Shown here in pieces: positions 46,769-55,810 of a stretch of 64,000 nucleotides of DNA. Source of the stretch: Thermoanaerobaculia bacterium (GTDB lineage Bacteria; Acidobacteriota; Thermoanaerobaculia; Gp7-AA8); NCBI GenBank assembly GCA_035525215.1, contig DATLEY010000053.1:4598-68597 (forward strand), written 5' to 3'. A program made the position numbers and the translations under genes. Within the stretch, counting starts at the first letter, position 1, and each line of letters begins with the position of its first letter. The notes under the pieces are model-generated. The model was not told the DNA's origin. It saw nothing but the letters and a program-made list of their open reading frames with translations, and did not search any database.

Positions 46769-46947
46769 CAGAGTGGCGGGCGTCGTCTCGCCGCCCAGCC
46801 CGTTTCAACGAAAATCTTTGCGGGACCGGCTGCAAGCCGGCGCCACAGAGAGAAAAGTGGCGGGCGGCGTCTCGCCGCCCAGCCGTTTTCATAAGATCTT
46901 CGCTGCGCGCTACCCGCGCCAGCCGGCTGCAAGCCAGCGCCACAGAG
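46768..46947. repeat. two tandem ~85-95-bp GC-hairpin units between convergent ndk and rlpA
   Basis: Each unit reads acagag..tGGCGGGCGgCGtctCGCCGCCCagcc ... CCGGCtgcaaGCCGGcgcc. A third acagagg start follows. A related copy lies at 26540-26585. Confidence 0.7.
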
Positions 46948-46948
46948 G

Positions 46949-47854
46949 CTAAGAGTCGGGCAGGACGATTCCCGGATACCCCGCGGCGGCCAGGCGGCTT
47001 GCCGCTTCATCAGCGGCTTCGCGAGTCGGAAAAGGTCCGACCCTGACGCGGTGCAGCTCGCCTCGAAGCTGGAGGTAAACCCGCGGCTCGATTGCGGCCA
47101 CGCGCACTCGCAGGACATCGGCATTCGCCTCGACCTGGAAAGCGCCGAGCTGCACGACGAATCGCGAGGGAACCGGCGTCTCTTCCGGCACCGGCTGCGA
47201 TGATCGGGGAGGCGCCGCAGGCGGAGTGCGCGTTTCGACGATTCTTCCATCCTCGGTCACCGTCTGGATCGTGACCCCGTCCGCTCCAACCTGCCGTCTC
47301 ACCGGTTCCCCGGCGCGTTCCTCGATCACGACCACGTTGTCGACGACGGCACCGGAATCCGCGGAAGATCCGCCCGGAAGGGGAAAGGCTACGGAGGGAG
47401 CTCTCTCGGGAGCGCTGATGATTTCGTCCGGCGGAGTGATCTTCACGACGTAAGGGCGCGGCGGTTCTCTCTCACCCCTGCCGATCGCCACGATCCGCGC
47501 CTGAACCTGTCCGATGCCAGGCTCGACCAGCCCGATCTCACGTGCCGCGCCGTAGGAAAGATCGAGGATCCGGTTTCCGACGAAGGGCCCCCGATCGTTG
47601 ATCCGTACCGTGACCTTTCGTCCGTTCGACAGATAAGTCACATCGAGGATCGTTCCGAAGGGGAGCGTCTGATGTGCAGCGGTCAGCTTCATCGGATCGA
47701 AAATCTCGCCGTTGGCCGTGGTCCGGCCCGCGAATTCCTCGCCGTACCAGCTGGCCATTCCGGTCAGCTCATCGGATTGCTGCGGGATTCTGGTTGCGAC
47801 ACACGCGGGAAGAAGCACCGCGACGAAAAAAAGAAGGACGAACGTCTTTCTCAT
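46949..47854 (-). CDS. rlpA: septal ring lytic transglycosylase RlpA family lipoprotein with C-terminal SPOR domain
   Basis: Lipobox (LLPAC). DPBB motif (ASWYGEEFAGRTTANGE.FD....AAH.TLPFGT...V......GR.V.VRINDRGPF). C-terminal SPOR-like segment (FVVQLGAF). Confidence 0.85.
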   Translation of the reverse strand: MRKTFVLLFFVAVLLPACVATRIPQQSDELTGMASWYGEEFAGRTTANGEIFDPMKLTAAHQTLPFGTILDVTYLSNGRKVTVRINDRGPFVGNRILDLSYGAAREIGLVEPGIGQVQARIVAIGRGEREPPRPYVVKITPPDEIISAPERAPSVAFPLPGGSSADSGAVVDNVVVIEERAGEPVRRQVGADGVTIQTVTEDGRIVETRTPPAAPPRSSQPVPEETPVPSRFVVQLGAFQVEANADVLRVRVAAIEPRVYLQLRGELHRVRVGPFPTREAADEAASRLAAAGYPGIVLPDS

Positions 47855-49287
47855 ACCCGCACCTCTCCGACTGCCGGACTGAGAAGGGCGCGGTCCTCCT
47901 CCATGATCGGCTCGACGAACTCGGCCAGCAGGCGCTCGACCTGGCGAGGAGCCAGGCCGACATAGGCTCGCGGGTCGGCCAGCGAGTCGATGGCGTCCGA
48001 CTCCAGAGGGATCAGCGGATCCTCGGATAACCTGCGGAAGAGGTCATTCTCCCTCGCCCCCTCCTTCAACGCGCCCGCGGCTGCGATCGAATGAATGCGG
48101 ACTCGCTCGTGGAGGACCTGACGGTCGCCTCCCCTTCGCACGCCTTCCATCATCAGATTCTCGGTGGCGATGAACGGAAGCTCCCGCGCCACGTTCGCCG
48201 CGATCACGGCTTCGTGCACGACGATTCCTCCGAGGATGTTGTCCCAGAGAAGGGCGATGGCGTCGGCCGCCAGAAAAGCTTCCGAGATTGCAATCCGGCG
48301 GTTCGAGGAGTCATCGAGAGTCCTCTCGAACCACTGAGTGGCAGCCGTGTGCGCAGGATTCTGCGCATTGATGATGAGGTGGCGCGCAAGCCCTCCGATC
48401 CTCTCGGCGCGCATCGGATTTCGCTTGTAAGCCATCGCGGACGATCCGACCTGCTCTTCCTCGAACGGCTCCTCGATCTCATGAAGATGTTGAAGGAGGC
48501 GGAGGTCGTAGCCGAACTTGGATGCCGATTGCGCGAAGCCGGCCAGGGCGGATACGACCTGAGCATCGACTTTCCGGCTGTAGGTCTGACCCGACACCGG
48601 AACCGTCCATTGAAAGCCCATTTTCGAGGCGATCAAATTGTCGAGCTGGAGCACCTTCGCTTCATCGCCCTCGAACAGCTTCAGGAACGACGCCTGGGTG
48701 CCCGTCGCCCCTTTCGCTCCCAGAAGCGCGAGCGACTCCATCCGCGCTTTGACCTCCTGCCAGTCCAGGAGGAGGTCATGCAGCCAGAGCGAGGCCCGTT
48801 TCCCCACCGTCGTGAGCTGCGCGGGCTGGAAGTGGGTGAAGGCGACGGTCGGAACCGATTTCCAGCGCTCCGCGAAAGAGCTCAGCTTCGCGATCAGATT
48901 CACGATCCGCCGGCGGACGACTCGCAGCCCTTCCAGCATCTGAATGATCTCGCCGTTGTCGGTGACGTAAGCCGAGGTCGCTCCGAGGTGAATGATCGGC
49001 TTGGCGAGGGGCGCCTGAAGGGCGAGAGCGTAGATGTGCGACATCACGTCGTGCCGGATCTCGAGCTCGCGCCGCTCGGCATCCTCGTAATTGATGTTCT
49101 CGAGGTTGGCGCGCAGCTCGGCCAGCTGCTCGTCGGTGATGGGGAGTCCCAACTCCTGCTGCGCTTCGGCCAGGGCCAGCCAGAGGCGGCGCCACGTCCG
49201 GAACTTGAAATCGGGAGAGAAGAGATACGACATCTCCGCCGATGCATAGCGATCGGTCAGCGGATTCGAGGCCGTCCTGCGGTTCAC
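47851..49287 (-). CDS. purB: adenylosuccinate lyase
   Basis: LTDRYASAEMS N-terminus and the fumarate-lyase signature (GSSAMAYKRNPM). The GTG at 49287 is chosen because further upstream is repeat sequence. ATGA overlap with rlpA. Confidence 0.85.
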   Translation of the reverse strand: MNRRTASNPLTDRYASAEMSYLFSPDFKFRTWRRLWLALAEAQQELGLPITDEQLAELRANLENINYEDAERRELEIRHDVMSHIYALALQAPLAKPIIHLGATSAYVTDNGEIIQMLEGLRVVRRRIVNLIAKLSSFAERWKSVPTVAFTHFQPAQLTTVGKRASLWLHDLLLDWQEVKARMESLALLGAKGATGTQASFLKLFEGDEAKVLQLDNLIASKMGFQWTVPVSGQTYSRKVDAQVVSALAGFAQSASKFGYDLRLLQHLHEIEEPFEEEQVGSSAMAYKRNPMRAERIGGLARHLIINAQNPAHTAATQWFERTLDDSSNRRIAISEAFLAADAIALLWDNILGGIVVHEAVIAANVARELPFIATENLMMEGVRRGGDRQVLHERVRIHSIAAAGALKEGARENDLFRRLSEDPLIPLESDAIDSLADPRAYVGLAPRQVERLLAEFVEPIMEEDRALLSPAVGEVRV

Positions 49288-49302
49288 TGATGAATTATAC
49301 CC

Positions 49303-49534
49303 GGGGGGAGGGAGGAGGGTAGACGAGCGAAAGAGGCAGGGATCAGGGTAGACGAGCGAGGGAAGAGGGAGAAGCACGGCTGCGGATTGATTCTTCGGTT
49401 CTCCAGCGCTTCGCGCCTTACCGGCCAGAGCCCGGCGGTACAGTGCATCCCGCCGAGATCTGCTTCTCCCTGAATCCCTCGCTCTTCTACCCTCTTCCCT
49501 GGTTTTGTTGCTCCTCTACCCTCCTCCCTGCCCC
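49303..49534. repeat. ~74-bp imperfect inverted arms enclosing a REP hairpin
   Basis: Left arm 49303-49377 (gggaggagggtagacgag...agggtagacgagcgagggaagagggagaagcac) matches the reverse complement of 49461-49534 at about four-fifths by eye. The loop contains taccggccagagcccggcggtac (49419-49441). Confidence 0.65.
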
Positions 49535-49580
49535 ACCCCCTTGCATCCTGCCGCGTGAATCCACAGACTCCGCGAAACAG

Positions 49581-50378
49581 ATGACCACCACTTTCCGCGA
49601 CCTCTTCCGCTACCGGCAGCTCATTGCGGTCCTCACCGCGCGAGACCTCAAAGCGCGCTACCGCGGATCGGTCCTCGGATTTTTCTGGTCGCTCGCGAAT
49701 CCCCTGCTACTTCTCGGCGTCTACACCCTGGTGTTCACACGCTTCTTTCCGAGACCGGGCGTCGACGCTTATCCGCTCTTTCTCTTCGCAGGCATTCTTC
49801 CGTGGACATTCTTCGCGGGATCGGTTCTCGAATCGACGAGCGCGATCTCGAGCAACGCCGGGCTGGTGAAGAAAGTGATGTTCCCGGCCGAGGCGCTGCC
49901 GCTGGTGGTCGTCGCATCCCATCTGGTTCATTTCGCCCTGGCCCTGCCGATCCTCCTCCTCGCGCTGGGCGTTACCGTGGCGGTCGGAAAGGCCGTCATC
50001 TCGCCGGTCATCCTCCTCGCACCGGTCTACATGCTGGTGCAGACCGTCTTCGTCGCCGGCATCGCCCTGATGATCTCCTCGGCGGCCGTCCTCTTTCGCG
50101 ATCTGCGCGACCTGGTCGCGAATCTCGTCCAGCTCGGGTTCTTTCTGACGCCCGTGCTCTACCCGCTGCACAGTGACTTCATCCCCGCCTGGGGGCGCGT
50201 CCTTCTCAGGCTCAACCCGATGACCCCGTTCGTCGTCTCTTACCAGAGCCTCTTCGTCTTCGGGAAAGTTCCCGATACTCTCGATGTCCTGCTGATGCTT
50301 CTCTACGCCACGATCTCGATCATGCTGGGTTTCTGGGTGTTCGACAGACTGAGAGACACTCTCGCGGAGGTCATTTGA
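49581..50378 (+). CDS. ABC-2 type polysaccharide/O-antigen exporter permease (Wzm/TagG-like)
   Basis: LIAVLTARDLKARYRGSVLGFFWSLANPLL signature start and six TM segments. Confidence 0.8.
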   Translation: MTTTFRDLFRYRQLIAVLTARDLKARYRGSVLGFFWSLANPLLLLGVYTLVFTRFFPRPGVDAYPLFLFAGILPWTFFAGSVLESTSAISSNAGLVKKVMFPAEALPLVVVASHLVHFALALPILLLALGVTVAVGKAVISPVILLAPVYMLVQTVFVAGIALMISSAAVLFRDLRDLVANLVQLGFFLTPVLYPLHSDFIPAWGRVLLRLNPMTPFVVSYQSLFVFGKVPDTLDVLLMLLYATISIMLGFWVFDRLRDTLAEVI

Positions 50379-51754
50379 GCCGCGAGCCCGCAATCTCGGT
50401 GAGCGAAGTCTCGAAGACGTACCGGCTCTTCGGGCGCGGCTCGCAGTTTCAGACGCTCAAGAGCGCGCTGCTTCGGCGGAAGCTCGTCCACACGCCCGAT
50501 ACGTCCATCGAAGCACTGAGCGACCTGAGCTTCGAGGTGAACCGAGGAGAAGCGTTCGGCGTGATCGGCCGCAACGGATCAGGGAAGTCGACGCTCCTGA
50601 AGCTCATCTCCGGGATCCTCAAGCCCACCAGCGGTACGCTCGCAGTCGATGGCCGGATCTCCGCGCTCATCGAGCTCGGCGCGGGGTTTCATCCCGAGAT
50701 CAGCGGGCGGGAGAACATCTACATCAACGGAATCATGCTCGGTCTCTCGCGGCGGGAGATCGACGAACGGTTCGACCGGATCGTGGAGTTCGCCGGCATC
50801 GGTCCCTTCCTCGATGAGCCGGTGAAGACTTACTCGTCGGGAATGTACGTCCGGCTCGGCTTTGCCGTCGCCGTCCACGTCGATCCGGACATCCTGCTGA
50901 TCGATGAAGTCCTCGCGGTCGGCGACGAGGAGTTCTCGCAGCAGTGCGTCGCGAAGATTCAGGAGATGAAGTACCGCGGCGTGACTCTGCTGGTCGTCAC
51001 TCACCAGCTCGATCTGGTTCGCAATCTCTGCGACCGCGCGCTCTGGCTGGAAAAGGGAGAGATGGCGGGCCTCGGAGATCCGGTGAGGGTCGTCGACGAG
51101 TACCTGCAGAGCGTGGCTGGATCACGGCTGCGGGATCCGGGCCCGATTGCAGAGGAGCCCGAAGACGAGGGTGAAGCCGAAGACGAAGAATCCGATCGGT
51201 CCGAGGAGGAACGCTGGGGATCGGGAGAGCTTCTTCTCACGCGCGTCGCCCTCTGCGATCAGAAGGGACGCGATCTGGTCGCCATCGGCGCGGGGACTCC
51301 GGTCACCATCGAGATGGAAGTCGACGTTCGAGAGCCGCAGAACGATTTCGTCTTCGGTGTCGGCATCTTCCACACCGACGGGACCTGCGTCTACGGGACC
51401 AACACCGACATCGAAGGGTTCCTCTCGACGCGCATCGAGTCCCCCTCCCGCGTTCGGTTCGTCATCTCCTCTCTCGATCTGATCGCCGGCAACTACCGGA
51501 TCGATGCCGCGGTGCACACGCGGAACGGGAGGGCATTCGATTATCGACGCGGCGCCATCCGATTCGTGGTCGGCTCGCGAGTCCACGACACGGGCCTCTA
51601 CCGTCCCCAACATGAATGGGTCTTCGAAGGAGGGATGGAGCTGCGCCGCCTCGATGACATTCACCGCAACGTCCCGTCGCCCCTCGCCGTGACGATGCGC
51701 GACCTCGACGCCGAGGCGATGAAGAAATCGCGGCGAAAACCGCGGAAGCCCTAG
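50375..51754 (+). CDS. ABC transporter ATP-binding protein (Wzt/TagH-like) with C-terminal Wzt_C-like beta-sandwich
   Basis: Walker A (GRNGSGKST), signature (YSSGMYVRLGF) and Walker B (ILLIDEV). A ~170-aa C-terminal extension. Confidence 0.85.
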   Translation: MSREPAISVSEVSKTYRLFGRGSQFQTLKSALLRRKLVHTPDTSIEALSDLSFEVNRGEAFGVIGRNGSGKSTLLKLISGILKPTSGTLAVDGRISALIELGAGFHPEISGRENIYINGIMLGLSRREIDERFDRIVEFAGIGPFLDEPVKTYSSGMYVRLGFAVAVHVDPDILLIDEVLAVGDEEFSQQCVAKIQEMKYRGVTLLVVTHQLDLVRNLCDRALWLEKGEMAGLGDPVRVVDEYLQSVAGSRLRDPGPIAEEPEDEGEAEDEESDRSEEERWGSGELLLTRVALCDQKGRDLVAIGAGTPVTIEMEVDVREPQNDFVFGVGIFHTDGTCVYGTNTDIEGFLSTRIESPSRVRFVISSLDLIAGNYRIDAAVHTRNGRAFDYRRGAIRFVVGSRVHDTGLYRPQHEWVFEGGMELRRLDDIHRNVPSPLAVTMRDLDAEAMKKSRRKPRKP

Positions 51755-51760
51755 CGTCGT

Positions 51761-54001
51761 TCAGGGAAGCTGGACTCTGCCTGCTTCATCGGGAGCCGCC
51801 GCCGGCAATGTCCTCACCCACTCCGGCATCAGGAAAATATCGCCAGGCCGGAGTCCCGGCGGGGAAACGGCCGGTCCCCGGTGAACGAGCACCGGAGCGG
51901 TCGGAAGAATGTCCGGGACCAACAGCGGCGCGTCTCCGGCATAGGGGAGGTGCCCCCGAAAGTTCTGATGGCGGTCGAACGCACTCTTCGGGACCAGACG
52001 CCCGCCGATGCTCAACGTGAGGGGACCCGGAGTGGTCGAAGAGACGTGCAGCGTTCGAGAAGGAATTGCTGGAAACGGGATTTCGAGATTTGCGTAGTCC
52101 GCAGGAATGAACACGAAAAGAGGGTGCGTCGCTGAGAAGAAAACGGCATAGTCTGTCGGTTCGGGTGTTCGTCTCAGTACGAAAGAACCGTCCGCCTCGA
52201 CTCCTGAGTGTCCCGTTAACATGGCGACCCCGGGCGAGACGAGGAAGAGCCCGCCCGCTTTCACAGGCACGGATGTCATGATCCGTCCACGAACGCTCGG
52301 CAGCCGTTTCATCGCGATCGATACGGCTCTGTCGCCGGGGCCTACTTCCGAGCAGGCGCGATCGAATTCCGGATGAGTCGCGCAGATCTCTGAATCGTCG
52401 GGTGGCTGGATGTTTTCGAAGACCGCGATGCCTTTGTCGTCCGTCGTCGGCCCGTCCTTGTCGTATCTTGCTCTTGGTCGTTCGGGATCCCCGATCGGAC
52501 CAAGCATCCGTGTCCTGGCGCCCGCCACGGGCTCATCATTCGAAGCATCCGTGACATCGACGTGGATAGCGCTATCGGACAAATCGAGATTGAGCCACCG
52601 GGCCTCCAGATCGTCGTCGTCGGGGAAAAGGACATAGTCCTCGTCTTCGTCACAGCGGTGCACCTCGACGGGAGCCAGGGCGAATTTCTCGTAGGAATTG
52701 AGCGTCGCTGTAAAGATTCCGGAGTGATCGCTCAGCGCGACGCCACCGGGAAACTCGACCCGTGCGACGACCGGAATGCCGTCGCGAATGACCATTCCCC
52801 GCATCGTGGGAAGGGTCGCCACGAGTTGGGAAACTGTGATCTCGCCAGCCTTGACGACGACTCGTTCGGTCCAGGGGCGAAGACGGTATGGAAGAGTGAC
52901 GTTCAACGTCCACTCCCCTTCAGGAATCGTCAGCGACGTCGTCGGCGCCTGCAACGGAACGCCTGCCACGACGGTACACTCCCCTGAAGGTGGGCAGGAG
53001 AGAACCGCGGCGAGCGCATCATCCGTCATGGTGCGGGAAGACCCTGCGATGGATACTTTCCTGTTGGGCGGCCCCTGCAGACACTCCTCGGGTGCGACCG
53101 CGCGCAGCAGGATGTGATCAGGAACTTCGATTCGGAGCTCCCCCACGGTCGTGCTCCGCCCCGGCCAGACGAACAGGTCGCCGGCCGGAACCTGGAAGCG
53201 GATGGGCTCCGAGGTCCAGCCCGCGGGTGCAACCTCCACTTCGTATGTACCTTTGCGGCGCGGCACGTTTTTGAAAATCACGAGATCGGGAGGAAGAGTG
53301 TGAAGCGGCTGGCGGACCGGCGCCACTCGCGTTCCATCAGGCATGAGCAGATGGACGACCGGTGGGTCCGAAACACCTTTTCTGAGGTCGAGCGCGACGA
53401 GCACGTCGAAGAGTCCAGTCCGACCCTCAGCTCGAACGCGGTGGGGCGTGCGCTCACTCAACCAGACGGGACCGCCCACCGACAGCCTGACTAGATACCA
53501 GTCCGCACCGGCCGGGACCTTGATTTCTTCACTTCCTGGAAGGACCGGCCGGCCATAGGACGGCGTCTCCTCCGTGTGAGGAAAGAAGACCACCAGACGC
53601 TCACCCGCCTTCAGTTCCGCTCCTGGGATTCCGGATCGCTTCACGGTTTCAGCGGGAAAGAGAGGAACATCGACTCGTTGAACGGCGTCGCGCGAATCAA
53701 CTGTGGTGACGTGGCCTGGCGCGTTGCTGATCAGCCCTTTTTCGTGCCGCGCGAAAAACGTCCACCCGCCGGATGGCAGCTCGATGACCTGATCTGCGGC
53801 CAGACATCTGACATCGCCCGATGAAAAGTCCCTGAGCAACTGATTGGTGGAGATCCCCGGAAAAAAACAAACTTCGCTTCCCTGGATACGCTCGCCTTCC
53901 ACCTTCGTGACGAATTCGACGCGAGAGCCGAAAGCGCTGGTTGCAAGGATCGCCAGGAAAAGAAAAACAGTCTTCCGCGACACGAGGGGTCTTTGGTTCA
54001 T
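51761..54001 (-). CDS. large hypothetical secreted protein (746 aa)
   Basis: Signal peptide (VFLFLAILATSAFG). Long uninterrupted ORF. No catalytic motif recognised. Possibly repeated beta-sandwich modules. Confidence 0.6.
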   Translation of the reverse strand: MNQRPLVSRKTVFLFLAILATSAFGSRVEFVTKVEGERIQGSEVCFFPGISTNQLLRDFSSGDVRCLAADQVIELPSGGWTFFARHEKGLISNAPGHVTTVDSRDAVQRVDVPLFPAETVKRSGIPGAELKAGERLVVFFPHTEETPSYGRPVLPGSEEIKVPAGADWYLVRLSVGGPVWLSERTPHRVRAEGRTGLFDVLVALDLRKGVSDPPVVHLLMPDGTRVAPVRQPLHTLPPDLVIFKNVPRRKGTYEVEVAPAGWTSEPIRFQVPAGDLFVWPGRSTTVGELRIEVPDHILLRAVAPEECLQGPPNRKVSIAGSSRTMTDDALAAVLSCPPSGECTVVAGVPLQAPTTSLTIPEGEWTLNVTLPYRLRPWTERVVVKAGEITVSQLVATLPTMRGMVIRDGIPVVARVEFPGGVALSDHSGIFTATLNSYEKFALAPVEVHRCDEDEDYVLFPDDDDLEARWLNLDLSDSAIHVDVTDASNDEPVAGARTRMLGPIGDPERPRARYDKDGPTTDDKGIAVFENIQPPDDSEICATHPEFDRACSEVGPGDRAVSIAMKRLPSVRGRIMTSVPVKAGGLFLVSPGVAMLTGHSGVEADGSFVLRRTPEPTDYAVFFSATHPLFVFIPADYANLEIPFPAIPSRTLHVSSTTPGPLTLSIGGRLVPKSAFDRHQNFRGHLPYAGDAPLLVPDILPTAPVLVHRGPAVSPPGLRPGDIFLMPEWVRTLPAAAPDEAGRVQLP

Positions 54002-54244
54002 ATGAGCGAAACTCCTACTGAGTTGGGTCGGCTATTTGTGTATCGGTGTACTGGTAGACCGATACAATAGGCTGACCTTCTTCTGTCGTCAAGAGGAGGG
54101 AACCAGAAATCCGTCAGGAAGCTCACACTCAACGGGTCGCCGATTTTAATCGTGCGGGATTGATCCCTGCCCAGGCAGCCGCCGCGCATCTGACCGGCTC
54201 CGCTTTCTTGACTTGGGCGTCGCCCCCGCCGAAACTGATTTGCG

Positions 54245-54583
54245 ATGGCGTCGTTCGCATCCGCGCGGAATCCGAAGCAGGCGACCCGGGTCACGATCCG
54301 GGCGGTGGTGCTCCTCTCCGGAGTCCTGACCATCGTCTTCCTGGTTTCCTTCGCCTTCTCCGAGGAGGGAATCACCGAGCTGCGCAATGCTCAGATGCGC
54401 GTGGACGCCCTTCGGAACGAGATCGCGGTTCTCGAGGCGGAGAACGCGAAGCTCCAGGCCGAGATCGAGAGCCTGCAGAAGTCGAGCTTCGCCGTCGAGC
54501 GGATCGCCCGCGAAGACCTCGGGATGTCGAAACCGGGCGAGATCGTCTACATGCTCCCGAAGAAGAGCGAGCCGGGAGTCTAG
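54245..54583 (+). CDS. ftsB: cell division protein FtsB/DivIC family (septum formation initiator)
   Basis: TM segment plus leucine-zipper coiled coil (LRNEIAVLEAENAKLQAEIESL), then ERIAREDLGM.KPGE. Confidence 0.75.
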   Translation: MASFASARNPKQATRVTIRAVVLLSGVLTIVFLVSFAFSEEGITELRNAQMRVDALRNEIAVLEAENAKLQAEIESLQKSSFAVERIAREDLGMSKPGEIVYMLPKKSEPGV

Positions 54584-54590
54584 AGACCCT

Positions 54591-55271
54591 TCACGCAGCG
54601 GGTCGTCGCACCACGGCAACCTGGCCATTTCCGAGGATCGTGCCGGTGCGGTCGGGAGCAATGGCCACGGCGGTGGAGACCGGAATGCCGAGACCGATCG
54701 TCACTCGTGGCGCGGACATCATCCGTTTGAGAGTCTCGCTCGCATCCGGCCGATAGTTCGTCTCGACCGCAGCGCCCGGAACCCATCCGAAGCCGGGCAC
54801 CACATTCCCCTGGCGCTGAGCGTCCGCTGCGTACTCGCCGAATGCCGCCGCGCCGGCCCCGATTCCCGCGACGACCGCCCCGCCGGCGCTCGCTTCACGG
54901 ATTGCTTCCTCCGTGGCGGTCCCGCGAAGCGTATCCGCGACGAGGTTCGTGATTCCGCCACCGAGGTAAACCATCCCGGCGCTGCGGATCGCTTCGAGAT
55001 TTCTGCCCCGTCTCAGGTCTCTCGATCGGTAGACCGGAACGTTGGCCACTTCCAGCTCAGGATCGAGCTTCCGGAAGTACTCACCAAGATGGCGCGCGTA
55101 ATCAGGAGAGCCGGACGCCGTCGGAATGAACGCGATCCGGCGATTACCCGCGGGCATTTTCTCGAGAAGGAAGCGATCGATCTCGTCGGTGTCGCCGAAG
55201 GAGAACTCTCCTCCCCCAATCAGCACGAGCCAGCCGGAGCCCGGCTCTCCTGGAAGAACGAGCGTCTTCAT
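54591..55271 (-). CDS. S51 peptidase / cyanophycinase-like (type 1 glutamine amidotransferase-like) protein
   Basis: LVLIGGGEF....IAFIPTAS...MVYLGGG.T pattern. The start at 55271 (MKTLVLPG) excludes the repeat-derived extension. Confidence 0.65.
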   Translation of the reverse strand: MKTLVLPGEPGSGWLVLIGGGEFSFGDTDEIDRFLLEKMPAGNRRIAFIPTASGSPDYARHLGEYFRKLDPELEVANVPVYRSRDLRRGRNLEAIRSAGMVYLGGGITNLVADTLRGTATEEAIREASAGGAVVAGIGAGAAAFGEYAADAQRQGNVVPGFGWVPGAAVETNYRPDASETLKRMMSAPRVTIGLGIPVSTAVAIAPDRTGTILGNGQVAVVRRPAA

Positions 55272-55283
55272 GCGGTGGGGAGT

Positions 55284-55810
55284 GTACCGAAGTCCACTCT
55301 CCGGCCTGGCCACCGTACCGCCGGCGTCCCGCCGGTCGCCACGACTGCGCGGGCTCACGCGGATCCACTGTACCGCCGGCGTCCCGCCGGTCGCCATGAC
55401 CGCGCAGGCTCACGCGGATTCACTGTACCGCCGGCGTCCCGCCGGTCGCCATGACCCCGCAGGCTCACGCGGATTCACTGTACCGCCGGCGTCCCGCCGG
55501 TCGCCATGACTACGCGGGCTCACGCGGATCCACTGTACCGCCGGCGTCCCGCCGGTCGCCACGACTGCGCAGGCTCACGCGGATCCACTGTACCGCCGGC
55601 GTCCCGCCGGTCGCCACGACTGCGCGGGCTCACGCGGATTCACCGTACCGCCGGCGTCCCGCCGGTCGCCACGACCGCGCAGGCTCACGCGGATCCACCG
55701 TACCGCCGGCGTCCCGCCGGTCGCCACGACTACGCGGGCTCACGCGGATTCACCGTACCGCCGGCGTCCCGCCGGTCGCCACGACTGCGCGGGCTCACGC
55801 GGATTCACTC
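55284..55810. repeat. tandem array of nine 55-bp REP-type units plus one degenerate leading copy
   Basis: gtaccgCCGGCGtccCGCCGGtcgcc recurs at 55315, 55370, 55425, 55480, 55535, 55590, 55645, 55700 and 55755 (exact 55-nt period). Units are near-identical across their whole length, differing at only ~6 positions. Confidence 0.95.

Noticed and set aside
55315-55810. CRISPR array (regular 55-nt periodicity, hairpin-containing repeats)
   Set aside because: The whole 55-bp unit is conserved from copy to copy, so there are no unique spacers. No cas genes are present. The adjacent gene is a RAYT transposase and the same unit occurs inverted and dispersed, which fits REP elements.
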